This document shows, piece after piece, positions 1 through 12,434 of a DNA stretch of 64,000 bases. Position numbers and translations under genes: made by a program. The stretch's first letter is position 1. The number at the start of each line of letters is the position of its first letter. The notes below the pieces were generated by a model. It saw only the letters and a program-made list of their open reading frames with translations, was not told the origin of the DNA and did not search any database. Source of the DNA: Octopus vulgaris (Eukaryota); assembly GCA_951406725.2 (NCBI GenBank), contig OX597832.1, positions 55,676,001 through 55,740,000 of the forward strand. Reading direction: 5' to 3'.

Positions 1-109
1 GCAAAGATAGAAAATTAAGACTCCATTAAGATTGGTAGATGCTAACGTAGACACAACAGACATAAAGACATATTCTGTACACAGGTACACACACGCACGC
101 ATGCTCACA

Positions 110-381
110 AACACACACACATACACACACACACACGGATACACGCACACACACACGGATACACGCACACACACACGCCAAAGGTAACCACAAATTCACA
201 TACATACATGCATTTATACATACATACATACATACATACATACAAACATACATACATACATACATGCATACATACATACATACATACATACATACATAGA
301 CAGACAGAAAGAGAGACAAATAAACAGACAGACAGACAGACATACAGGCAGACAGACAGACAGACAGACAGACAGATAGAC

Positions 382-449
<68 letters not shown>

Positions 450-515
450 TGACATACAGACAGCCATTGGGACAGACATAGAGACAGATAAATATAGATA
501 GATAGATAGATAGAC

Positions 516-574
<59 letters not shown>

Positions 575-815
575 CAGACAGATATATAGATAGCCATACA
601 GATATACAGACAGACATACAGACAGCCGTACAGGCAGATAAATAGATAAAGATAAATAGACAGATGGACAGACAGACATACAGACATAGAGATATATAGA
701 TAAATATAGTTAGATATATAGAGAGATATATAGATAGGCAGACAGACAGACAGGCAAACAAGCAGACTGTCAGGTAGACAGACAGAAAAACAGACAGACA
801 GACAAAGAGACAGAT
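110..815. repeat. Compound microsatellite (CA)n/(CATA)n/(CAGA)n/(GATA)n
   Basis: Directly visible tandem di- and tetranucleotide tracts; source of the overlapping low-complexity ORFs. Confidence 0.97.
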
Positions 816-1176
816 AGATAGGACGAACAAGTATCTAATCCAATATGGCGTATAGCCTTGTTCTGTTTCGCTACTTCCTGCCAGCCTGTTGTGTATTCTT
901 GTCAGTGACAAAATGTGTTCGATGGCTTCTTTTCTCTCTCTTTTTTTCTTCTTTTCTTTAAAATTATCGCAATCTCAGAAAATCTCATGCTTAAATCACC
1001 CAAATGACTTATGAAATTTTGAAGGCTACGTTGTTAATATTTATTAAACACTCCTTGTCAAGTTATTTATCATCAACAAGTCTTTATCAAACCAAGATTG
1101 CTAAGGAATTATGGGCAAACCAATTATTGTTCATGCTTGACAACAAGCACGTCGTTGATATGAATTCCAAACTCAC

Positions 1177-1208
1177 GCCACCCACTTCCGTTGAACGTTC
1201 GCCGCCAT
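1177..1208 (-). CDS. Probable first coding exon of an unidentified host gene (MAANVQRKWV+GC, phase 2), gene continuing left out of the window
   Basis: Minus strand reads CAAG-ATG-GCG-GCG-AAC-GTT-CAA-CGG-AAG-TGG-GTG-GC|GTGAGT: strong Kozak context overlapping a YY1 motif (CAAGATGGCGGC) and a consensus donor, in unique CpG-containing DNA. No downstream exon identified. Confidence 0.55.
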
Positions 1209-1639
1209 CTTGTAATCTTTACAAATACCTGTTTGACAGGAAATTTAACAAAATTCATTGTGTTTATTTTGTTATTTACACTCATTAAGTGTGTGTTAAT
1301 TTTAACTCGACTCATATCAGATATTATTAATATAACAATATAGAATGGAATACACTACAGCGTGTTTCTGGGTTTACTTTTATAGAATTCTTTATAAAGC
1401 GGGAGTGATTTAAGTGGTATGTCATATTAGATTGAATAAATAATGTTCATGGGGTGGCGACTGTTCTAGAATCGCAGCAGCTGGCCAAGTGGGAAAAATG
1501 TTGAACTGCGAACTAAAGGAGCGACAGTTCATAACCTGGCCCTGCGATCTTTGCACGGCTGATGCACTTAACTCGAGACATATTAGTTTTTATGTAGCGG
1601 CATCTTTTACATTTCGAATATTACATCTGTCAGGTATTC

Positions 1640-1857
1640 GACTCTGGCCATGCTGGGGCAATACTATCATGAATTCTAGGTGAATTCTAGTCGAACGAAT
1701 CGACTCCATTACGTTTGGTTTTTGAAACCTCGTACTATTATTTATCGATCTCTTTTGCCCAATCGTTAAGTTACGAGGACGTAAACAAACTAACACCGGT
1801 TGTCAGGTGGTGGTGGCGGAGGATAAAAGACACACACGCGCGCGCGCACACACACAC

Positions 1858-1904
<47 letters not shown>

Positions 1905-2038
1905 GTCTTCTTTCAGCTTCCGTCTACCAAATCCAGTCACAAATCTTTGGTCAGCCCGAGGCAGCCACACAATGGAACTGAACCCAGAACCATGTGGTTG
2001 AGAAGCAAATTTCTTTTACCACACATCACACCTGCGCC
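1640..2038 (-). mobile_element. tRNA-derived SINE family A (diverged), internal (CA)n
   Basis: Reverse complement matches the full copy at 11350-11825. Confidence 0.85.
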
Positions 2039-2452
2039 ATGTTCACTTTTCGAAATGTGTTGCCAATTTGCATATATTTAATTTACATGTATCGTTTATA
2101 TTTCATATATATAAAAATGTCTTATTTTTCATAAGGGAAACTAATTCACGTTGTTGAGAAAATGAAGACAAAAATCTTTAGACTATAATAAGGAAACGCA
2201 ACCCTTCATATATAAAAAAGACAAGATGATCACAGTTGAAATGCCTCTGATCATTGCTCAACTCCTCGAGATCCTTACAGAGGGTTAACAATCAACAACA
2301 AAATGGCTGACATCGTTCTAAACCAGAGTTCGCCAAACTTTTTCGACCATCGACCCCCTTTAACCACTTCTCCTTCCGCATCGACCACCCTCCTCATTTA
2401 AAATATCTTAATACCCAACCCTACCATATCATATCTTAAATGTGTACCGAGT

Positions 2453-2454
<2 letters not shown>

Positions 2455-2489
<35 letters not shown>

Positions 2490-2790
2490 GTTTAACGTCG
2501 GCTTTCCATGCTAGCATAGGTTGGACTGAGGACTGGCGAACCAGATGGCTGCACCAGGCTCCAATCTTGATCTGGCAGAGTTTCTGCAGCTGGATGCCCT
2601 TCCTAATGCCAACCACTCTGAGAGTGTAGTGGGTGCTTTTATGTGCCAACGGCACGAGGGCCAGTCGGGCGGTACTGGCAACGGCCATGCTCAAATGGTG
2701 TTTTTTACGTGTCACCTGCACAGGAGCCAGTCCAGCGGCACTGGCAACAATCTCGCTCGAATGTTTTTTTGTACAGAAGCTGGCAATTAA
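2455..2790 (-). mobile_element. SINE/LINE 3' fragment, family D, with (ATG)n tail
   Basis: Shares ...GGAAGGGCATCCAGC...GACGTTAAA(TGA)n 3' end with 16760-16955. Confidence 0.75.
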
Positions 2791-3194
2791 AATGTTAGCT
2801 AAAATATACATGTACGACAAATTGAAGGTGACACACTTTTTACATTTAAAACTACGTGTACGAGTATACAATATTAAGCTTTCAATTTCGATGTAATTGT
2901 TTCCATGGTTAGAAAATTTGAAAAATGCACCATATTGCTGGATTGTCTTTTATTGAAATTGACATCAATGTGAGGGATTGGCATGGCGTTGACTAAGTAT
3001 TTCAAGCAGTTCCCTCGGACCCCCTTTGGTGACCCCTAGTGTAGACAGACAATGCTGTTTCTCAACACTGCTGTTATAGAGGCACTTTTATTTTTAAAAA
3101 ATTTCTTCTCGTTGCTGATAGCCCAAGGTCAGAGCTGATCCAGATAGTGAAAGGTCATTGTGCTGATCAAAAAAACCGATGATCAAAGGTAAAG

Positions 3195-3508
3195 GTGGGT
3201 GGCATAGTGTTTAGGATATTCGGTTCGCGATCGTAAGGCCATAAGATCGATTCCCGACGGTGCGCCGTGTCCCTGAGCAAGACACTTTATTTCATGTTGT
3301 TCCTGTTTACTTAACTGGCAAAACTGAGCTCTACATGTAACTTAAAGGGTCGGCCATATCATATTCTGCGTCACGATGAGTCACCCCGAGAATTACGAGA
3401 ATAACGTGTGTCTGTTGAGTGCTCAGTCGATTGCACGTTAATTTCACGAGCTGGCGTTCCGCTTATAGTATCAGCTAGAACGCTCGTCCTAGTAACCGAC
3501 AGGCCATG
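3195..3508 (+). mobile_element. tRNA-derived SINE, head2 + central domain + tail X (diverged)
   Basis: Homologous to 22855-23175 and 44415-44738. Confidence 0.8.
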
Positions 3509-3919
3509 ATCAAAAGTGTATCCAGCTATGACCATCCCATCTTTTTGAAGGACAAGGAATACCTTTTCGAATGTGTTCTTCCATTTTTTTTTTGTTTTTT
3601 GAAGACGTTAAGGTATAATTTGGAAGGGTGAAAACGGTTTCTAATTTAGGATTAAGAATTAGGACCGGCGATTTTTGAGAGAAGGGAATCAATCGATTCT
3701 ATCAATTCCACTACTTGATTGTTACCCCAATTATCAACCCCTGGGGATAAGAGATGAAAGGCAAAAAAGCTAACCTCGGCGGGATTCGAACTCAGAGACT
3801 ATAAAGAGCCTCGAAGAAATACTACAAAACATTTTTTCCGAAGCTTTAGTGATGTGTGTATGTGTGTGTGCGTATGTGTGTGTATGCGTGTATTTATATA
3901 CATGTATGTATACATATAT

Positions 3920-3992
<73 letters not shown>

Positions 3993-4219
3993 CATTCGCA
4001 CACATATAGATATTATATTCATACATACATATGTATAATGTATGTGTGTGAATGAAAATGTATGAAAATTTGTCAGTTTCTATGCATTTTGATGTACTCA
4101 TGTATATACATTAATAATTTGAGAAAGTATGAATAAATTCAATCATATCTGTACATCGGTTCTATTCTCGGCTCTTTAATCAATATCCACTCACGCCACA
4201 TCTATTTTGTTAGCACGTA

Positions 4220-4322
4220 TGTCTATCTCTGTCCGCCTATCTATCTGTATCTATCTATATATCTATCTATCTATCTACCTACCTACCTACCTACCTACCT
4301 ACCTACCTACCTACCTACCTAC

Positions 4323-4392
<70 letters not shown>

Positions 4393-4425
4393 GTGTCTCT
4401 GTCTATCTATCTATCTGTCTGTCAA

Positions 4426-4462
<37 letters not shown>

Positions 4463-4880
4463 TTGTCTGTTTGTCTGTCTTTGTTTTCCATCTATTTATC
4501 TCCCTATTTACTTATCTTACTCGTTCTCTCTCTTTTTTCTTTCTTTCTCTCTCTCTGTCTCTCTCTATCTATCTCTCTCTATATATATATATATTTACAC
4601 ACACACATGTATATATGTGCATATCTATCTATCTATCTATCTATCTATCTCTATCTATCTATATGTCTGTCTGTCTGTCTCTCTGTCTATCTATCTATTT
4701 ATCAATCTATCTATCTATCTATCTATCTATCTACCTACATATTCACTTACCTATATATCTCTCTATCTATCTAGTCTATATATATATGTATGTATGTAGG
4801 TGCGCGTACGTGTATGTCTGTGTGTGTACGTCTGTGTGTGTATGTGTGTGCGCGCGTGTGTGTGTGTGTGTGTATGTGCT
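4220..4880. repeat. Compound (CTAT)n/(CTAC)n/(CTGT)n/(TG)n microsatellite
   Basis: Directly visible. Confidence 0.95.
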
Positions 4881-5518
4881 TGTCTTTTCCGTTAGTCTAC
4901 TCACTTCTTTTGTCTAAACGTGTAAGTATCAAATCACCTGTCAATAATTTAGTTTGATCTTCACTATTCTAGTAATAAGAGAAAAATATAGAACAAAAAT
5001 CGATAAACACGCATGAGAGGTCAGGTGAAGGTCAGCTATCGAAGTGTATTTGTGAAAGCGAATCGAAGATTAAGATTTTTGAAGGAAAACACTAAAGATT
5101 GTACCAAGCGATTTTCTAACAATAGACGAATATGATATTTGAAGAGAAGATTCACGTAGGTTTCAGCTCATTTTAATGTTATTGTTGTAGAATGTATCTT
5201 GCCTTTCTAAAGATCTATATTTACACTGTCACATCCTGGCGTATGGGTAGTAACCACTATGAGACCTACAACGACACCTTGACATAGGCATACATTGCAC
5301 ACACAGACACACACACACACACATATATATATATGTATGCACATTTGAATGTATGTATGTACGTATGTGTGTATGTATATGCATATGTGCTCTTCACACA
5401 CAGACACAGACACACATATATATATATAGGGAGAGTTTATGAAAAAAACAAAAGACGAAGACAGGTGGTGTACAAAACAAACAGATGTTTTAGTATAACG
5501 CTCAGGAATAGAAAAAAT

Positions 5519-5553
5519 CTTTTACGTTTCGAGCCTACGCTCTTCTACAGAAA
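5519..5553 (-). ncRNA. Putative minimal hammerhead ribozyme (CUGUAGA core variant) within a ~165 bp insert in (TA)n (5429-5596)
   Basis: Minus: UUU-CUGUAGA-A-GAGC(GUAG)GCUC-GAAA-CG-UA-AAA. A fragment of the same insert family lies at 27436-27493. Confidence 0.55.
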
Positions 5554-5593
5554 GTGACACAGAAAAAAACAAGGAGAGAAAAAAAGGAGAGAA

Positions 5594-5637
<44 letters not shown>

Positions 5638-5639
<2 letters not shown>

Positions 5640-5783
5640 AATTAAGGACTGAACACGAAAAGTGGACAGTCAACATGCTAGATATAGACGTCAAATCGCC
5701 ATTCACCACAAATGGTGAATGGCGATTTGACGTCTATATCTAGCATGTTGACTGTCCACTTTTCGTGTTCAGTCCTTAATTGG
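5638..5783. repeat. Perfect fold-back palindrome, 71-bp arms, 4-nt loop, in (TA)n
   Basis: 5638-5708 is the exact reverse complement of 5713-5783; arm resembles inserts at 20361-20455 and 20978-21208. Confidence 0.95.
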
Positions 5784-5902
5784 TATATATAAATATTTTA
5801 ATCTTCGGATTCTTTTTTAATATGCTAGACCACTGGTCTTAATTGATAAATATCAATTTCTACCCTTAATTAATATTATATATATATATATATACATATG
5901 TT

Positions 5903-6293
5903 TTATCCTTTGTCTTTTACTAGTTTCAGTGTTATTAGGCTGCGGCCATGATGAAGCGCCGTGTTAAAGAGTTTTAGTTGAAGAAATCGACCTCACCGCT
6001 TATATTCTTTGTAAGCCTTGTACTTTTTTTCTATCGTTCTCTTTGGCCGAGCCGCTAGTTATGGGGACATAAGCACACCAGCATCAGTTCTCAAGCGATG
6101 GTGGGGGACAAAGACACACACACACACATACACACACACCAGTAGAGATATATTTCCTTTTTCCCTCTACCAAATCCACTCACAAGGATTTGGTGGCCTG
6201 AGGCTATAGTAGAAGAAACTTGCCCAAGGTGCCACGCAGTGGGAACCATGCGGTTGGAAAGCAAGCTTCTTACTACACAGCCACTCCTGCGCC
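5903..6293 (-). mobile_element. SINE family A
   Basis: Matches 11350-11825 in reverse. Confidence 0.9.
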
Positions 6294-6476
6294 TATGTAT
6301 ATATATATCGTGAAGTATATTTCCCACTTAAATGCGGCTAACCCTTAAGGGTGGATGCTACTGTAGCTTGTAGCCCCAGGAAGACACCTCCTCCAGCTGG
6401 CTATTGACACACTTTCTGTGCCCTATCAGTATTTGCAAAGGGAAGTCAACCTTCCCATCTTCAACCTGACGTGATA

Positions 6477-6521
6477 CACACGGACCCGGGTTTCTGAGTA
6501 TTGACCCGTCGTCAGCATGTG
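6477..6521 (-). ncRNA. Minimal type-I hammerhead ribozyme motif
   Basis: Minus: CACAUG-CUGACGA-c GGGU(CAAU)ACUC a-GAAA-CCCGGG-UC-CGUGUG; 6-bp helix I, palindromic helix III, GUC cleavage triplet. Confidence 0.75.
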
Positions 6522-6654
6522 ACAATCACCGGTTGTCGATGTGAAGTGCTTCTCAATGCAAATACATATATCTTTTTTCCAGTGACGAAAAGTCACTGAT
6601 CTCGAAAAAGTGTAAACAAGTAATAATAAATCTCTGAGCGAGGTATATGTCTAT

Positions 6655-6835
6655 ATTTCTTTATTGCCCACAGGGGGATAAACACAGAGGGGACAAACCA
6701 GGACAGACAAAGGGATTAAGTCGATTACATCGACCCCAGTGCGTAACTGGTACTTATTTAACCGACCCCGAAAATATGAAAGGCAAAGCCGGCCTCGGCA
6801 GAATGTGAACTCATCCTACCAACTCGCTGCCTTCA
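6655..6835 (-). mobile_element. SINE family B (internally deleted)
   Basis: Reverse match to family B body (GTCGACTTTGCCTTTCATCCTTTCGGGGTCGAT type). Confidence 0.85.
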
Positions 6836-7210
6836 CGCTAGTCTAAATATCGATTTCGCTTTTGATAAGCAGATAGAACTTGTAATTTAGAGAAATGAAT
6901 GAACGTGAAGTAATGGCATTAATGTATTTCTCACCCAAGACGATTACATGATTAAGGTGATTGACCTTGGATAAACGGGGAATTGAAATCCATGGCTAAC
7001 CTGTTTGCAGCAAAGTTCAGCTTGGATTCATTTGGGGTGCCATGAAGTAATGCATCTGATTTGTATTACTAGCGCTGGTTGTATGAAGTTGACGGATGTT
7101 TTGCAACTGATTGAAGAGGTACGGCTATTATTAGGCTGCTTTCTCTACGACACAAACGCTTTCAATAAAGGTCTTTTAAATCAACAGCTTTAGAGATTCG
7201 CCAGTATTAA

Positions 7211-7537
7211 CCCTTAAACGGCGGATGTCATCAATTGATGTTTCATTAGAGAACAGCGGACATCATCAATTGATGTTTGAAGCATTTTACATGAATGCAG
7301 CCATCATCAAAAGAAAGTGAATATTTTACGGCTCTTTTCGATAATGAGATTGCAAATTTTATTGTGCGAGAGACTAACAGTTATTATAGTTTTTGAACTT
7401 ATCTAAACTGAAAATTATCCTTAAGTAAAATAGATGTTTTCTTTGCTTTTTCTTTTTACATTTTGCCCGTTTGGTTCATGCAAACCTTTTTTTTTTTGCC
7501 CGTTTCCTTCATGCAACATTTCCCCGTTGTTTAAGGG
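7211..7537. mobile_element. piggyBac-type MITE
   Basis: TTAA at 7207-7210 and 7538-7541; TIRs CCCTTAAACGGCGG / CCGTTGTTTAAGGG (12 of 14 match). Confidence 0.8.
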
Positions 7538-7859
7538 TTAAATGACAACGTTATAAAATTATTGATTTCTACTGCAGGCACAAAGCCACACATTTCGGGT
7601 GGAATGTTTGGCGATTAAATCGATTCGATATTTGATTGGTCCTTTATTTTATTGCCCCTCCTCTCAAACTGTTGAAGGCAAAAGTTAACACTGACGGTAT
7701 TTAAACTCAGAATTATTTTAAATACCTATTCAAGAAATGCATACGTACATACATACATATATACATACATACACACATGTACATATTTATTACTATATAA
7801 GTATATCTAAACATATTTGTATACACATGTGTTGTATCTATTTGTACACATACACACAT

Positions 7860-8040
7860 AGGCGCAAGAGTGGCTGTGTGGTAAGTAGCTTGCTCACCTC
7901 CCACATGGTTCCGAGTTCAATCCCACTGCATGGCGCCTTGGGCAAGTGTCTTCTACTATAGCCTCGGGCCGACCGAAGCCTTGTGAGTGGATTTAGTAAA
8001 CTGAAAGAAACCTGTGATATATATTTCTATATATATATAT
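7860..8040 (+). mobile_element. SINE family A, 5' half (3' half inverted at 9066-9262)
   Basis: tRNA-like head GGCGCAAGAGTGGCTGTGTGG...GTTCAATCCC, ending in (TA)n. Confidence 0.9.
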
Positions 8041-8042
8041 AA

Positions 8043-8378
8043 AGGGTAAAGACCGCCCCACTTCGGTCATGAATGACCATGGGATTGCACCTAGAAAGTT
8101 ACCCTCCTAGACACAAGTCCGGGCAAGGTTGTTTATGGAAGACCAGCAGTCGCCCATGCATACCAGCCTCCCCTCTCCACGCCACCAGTGTTATCCAAGG
8201 GAAAGACAAAGGTCGATACAGCTTGGCACCAGTGACGTCGCAACTCATTTCTACAGCTGAGTGAACTGGAGCAACGTGAAATAAAGTGTCTTGCTCAAGA
8301 ACACAACACGCAGCCTGGTCCGGGATTCGAGCTCACAACCTCACGATCGTAAGCTCGACGCTCTAACCACTGAGCCAT
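8043..8378 (-). mobile_element. tRNA-derived SINE family E
   Basis: tRNA-like head (TGGCTCAGTGG...TCGAATCCC) on minus strand; near-identical to 9384-9679 and homologous to 39228-39517. Confidence 0.9.
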
Positions 8379-8816
8379 TTGAACTCAGAACGTAAAGACA
8401 GACGAAATACCTATTTCTTTACTACCCACAAGGGGCTAAGCACAGAGAGTACAGACAAGGACAGACAAACGGATTAAGTCGATTATGTCGACCCAGTGTG
8501 TAACTGGTACTTATTTAATCGACTCCGAAAGGATGAAAGGCAAAGTCGACCTCGGTGGAATTTGAACTCAGAACATAGCAGCAGACGAAATACTTATTTC
8601 TTTATTACCCACAAGGGGCTAAACACAGAGGAGACAAACAAGGACAGACAAACGGATTAAGTCGATTACATCGACCCCAGTACTTAATTTATCGATCCCG
8701 AAAGGATTAAGGGTAAAGTCGACCTCGGCGGAATTTAAACTCAGAACGTAACGGCAGACGAAATACGGCTACGCATTTCGCCCGGCGTGCTAACGTTTCT
8801 GCCAGCTCGTCGCCTC
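8379..8816 (-). mobile_element. SINE family B, 5' part with tandem internal units
   Basis: Head GGCGACGAGCTGGCAGAAACGTTAGC near 8816; internal ~185-bp unit repeated. Confidence 0.92.
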
Positions 8817-9065
8817 CTGTTCCATTATCTGTGATTAAGTGAACATTGGGTTAGTTAGAATATGTTTATATGTCTGTGACATATTTCAACTTCTAAAGGC
8901 AAATTCACTCCAGTTTTCGCGGAGGAAAAAAAATTCTCTCTTACAGTAAAAGGTGTAAAAGTACTACATCTACTCAGTGCTGCCCCCTATTGGATTCTCA
9001 GATGCGTTTCTAGCTCTTTAGCCGTTAACAATGGGAAACGCCGAAGAAAGGTATATGTATGTATG

Positions 9066-9259
9066 TTCTTTTATCTGTTTCAGTCATTTGATTGCGGCCA
9101 TGCTGGAGCACCGCCTTTAGTCGAACAAATCGACACCAGGACTTTGCAAGCCCAGTATTTATTCTATCCATATTTTTTACCGAATCGCTAAGTTACGGGA
9201 ACGTAAACACACCAGCATCGGTTGTCAAGCGATGGTGGAGGGACAAACACAGACACACA

Positions 9260-9262
<3 letters not shown>
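9066..9262 (-). mobile_element. SINE family A, 3' half
   Basis: Reverse match to 11620-11810. Confidence 0.88.
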
Positions 9263-9295
<33 letters not shown>

Positions 9296-9383
9296 TATAT
9301 ATATATATATATATATATATATCCTTGTTGTGACGGAAAATTCTCTTTTGGTAACACTGCATCTGGCCATTGTATGGACGTGA

Positions 9384-9679
9384 GATTGCACCTAGAAAGT
9401 TACCCTCCTAGTCACAAGTCTGGGCAAGGTGGTTTATGGAAGACCAGCAGTCGCCCATGCATACCGGCCTCCCCTCTCCACGCCACCAGTGTTATCCAAG
9501 GGAAAGGCAAGGGCCGATACAGCTTGGCACCAGTGACGTCGCAACTCATTTCTACAGCTGAGTGAACTGGAGCAACGTGAAATAAAGTGTCTTGCTCAAG
9601 AACACAACACGCAGCCTGGTCCGGGATTCGAGCTCACAGCCTCACGATCGTAAGCTCGACGCTCTAACCACTGAGCCAT
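9384..9679 (-). mobile_element. SINE family E, direct duplicate of 8083-8378
   Basis: 296 bp near-identical, ending at the same base (GAGCCAT). Confidence 0.9.
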
Positions 9680-10322
9680 AAGTATTTCGTCTGCTGCTAT
9701 GTTCTGAGTTCAAATTCCACCGAGGTCGACTTTGCCTTTCATCCTTTCGGAGTCGATTAAATAAGTATCAGTTATGCACTGGGTCGACATAATCGACTTA
9801 ATCCGTTTGTCTGTCCTTGTCTGTACTTTCTGTGCTTAGCCCCTTGTGGGTAGTAAAGAAATAGGTATTTCGTCTGTCTTTACGTTCTGAGTTCAAATAC
9901 CGCCGAGGTCGACTTTGCCTTCCATTCTTTCAGGGTCGATAAATTAAGTACCAGTTGCGTACTGAGGTCGAAAAATTTCGGGCCTTGTGCCTAGAGTAGA
10001 AATGAGTATTCTTATTTCGTCTGTCTTTACGTTCCAAGTTCAAATTCCACCGAGATCGACTTTGCCTTTCATCCTTTCGGGGTCGATAAATTAAGTACTG
10101 AGGTCGAAAAATTTCAGGTCTTGTGCCTAGAGTAGAAAAGATTTTTTTATTTCGTCTGTCTTTACGTTCCGAGTTCAAATTCCGCCGACGTCAACTTTGC
10201 CTTTCATCCTTTCGGGGTCGATAAATTAAGTACCAGTTGCCTACTGAGGTCAATCTAATCTACTGCCCTCCCCCCCCAAAAAAAAAAAATTTCAGGCCTT
10301 GTGTCTAGAGTAGAAAAGAATA
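9680..10322 (+). mobile_element. SINE family B, 3' part with reiterated units
   Basis: Four GTTCAAAT...GTCGACTTTGCCTT units and tail GGCCTTGTG.CTAGAGTAGAAAAG. Confidence 0.92.
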
Positions 10323-11349
10323 TCATTGAATTCTGAGCGGATGAACAGGCAACTAACTGCTAACAGCCAGGATCAACCAGTTAAGTTACTAAACCACTGC
10401 TATTATCCGTAGTCGTGACGCGTACAGACGAAATAGTTTAACTAGCAAAGGACTAATGTGATTAAAACATGAGCCAGTCGTTCATGTCGCATCACTTGAT
10501 CGGAATGTGTGGCTTGGAAGAGTTGCATTGGTCCAGGAAAGTCACTGGACCATGACGGTGATGATTCTACAGGCATGTGTGTCCTCGATGTAATTCTTAA
10601 ATTAAACCAGCTTGACAATTTGGATCTTTGAATTACAGATATAATCCATTCTACGGTCTTCCACACAGTTTCTGTTTACCAAATTTCAGTCACATGACTT
10701 GAGTTAACCCCGAAGTTAGAGTAAAGATTCGCTTACCTCGGACGTCACGCTGAAAGACCGAACCAGCGACCTCACGATTGCAAAGCAAATTTCTTAACCA
10801 CTCAAACTGGATCGACTTGAACCTCTCATGGCGGTGGCCGACAGAGCGCTAGTTATAAGGCCCACTGTATTGGTTTGTCTGGGTGCCAATAATGCTGTGA
10901 AGACGGCCATGGTCACGGCAACAGACTACTTTCGAGACAGCCGCTCTCTACATCAAATAACTACCATAGATGGAGAGCAGCTGACAACATTCTAGCAACA
11001 AGGAAATAGGAGACAACGCATAACAATAATCGGATATAATAGTCTGACTCTAAAGAGACGTGACTGTGTAATCTTTCATGTGCGTTCATGATATAGGATA
11101 ATTATGATATGAAAGCGAAAACATCCTGTATCTCTTAAAGGATAAAGCTATTAATGTTTAAAGGATTAATTTTCATTTAGTGTGTCAAGGACAAGTTAAA
11201 TCTTTCATTTATTCTAGTGGTTCTTAGCTTTCGTGTGGATCACTGTCGCTTATCACAGAAGATGTTTTACGAACGTCTCTACTACTCCATGTTTGCAAAA
11301 GAAAAAGAATAGAAAAGAAGGGCAAATTATTTTAATGAAGCATTTTAAT

Positions 11350-11825
<476 letters not shown>

Positions 11826-12024
11826 AGAAGCTAATTTTACAGTAATTTATTATCTATCTCTTTCTTATGCTGTCTCACCTAACATGTGCTTCTGTTTATG
11901 CATTCGCATGATTAATTCCAATATTAGATTTCCATGGAAATTGCTTTAAAAGAATACGATCACTCCTCAAATTATATACTAGATAAGTGTGCTTCTCAGT
12001 CATGTATCTACTCACTGATAATAT

Positions 12025-12412
12025 GGATGGAAGCACTCCATCGGTTACGACGCCGAGGGTTCCGGTTGATCCGAATCAACGGAACAGCCTGCTCGTGAAA
12101 TTAACGTGTAAGTGGCTGAGCACTCCACAGACACGTGTACCCTTAACGTAGTTCTCGGGGATATTCAGCGTGACACAGAGAGTGACAAGGCCGGCCCTTT
12201 GAAATACAGGTACAACAGAAACAGGAAGTAACAGTGAGAGAGAATTGTGGTGAAAGAGTACAGCAGGGATCACCACCATCCCCTGCCGGAGCCTCGTGGA
12301 GCTTTAGGTGTTTTCGCTCAATAAACACTCACAACGCCCGGTTTGGGAATCGAAACCGCGATCCCATGACCGCGAGTCCGCTGCCCTAACCACTGGGCCA
12401 TTGCGCCTCCAC
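12025..12412 (-). mobile_element. tRNA-derived SINE family C (head1 + tail X) with TSD
   Basis: tRNA-like head GGAGGCGCAATGGCCCAGTGGTTAGGGC...TTCGATTCCC; 12-bp TSD CACTGATAATAT at 12013-12024 and 12412-12423. Confidence 0.92.
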
Positions 12413-12434
12413 ACTGATAATATATCTACTATAT

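Noticed and set aside
1004-1288. 94-aa plus-strand ORF
   Set aside because: No recognisable domain; the signals here fit a minus-strand first exon better.
8073-9565. Repeated ORF LHLESYPP...QLISTAE suggesting a duplicated gene
   Set aside because: It is the antisense translation of SINE family E copies.
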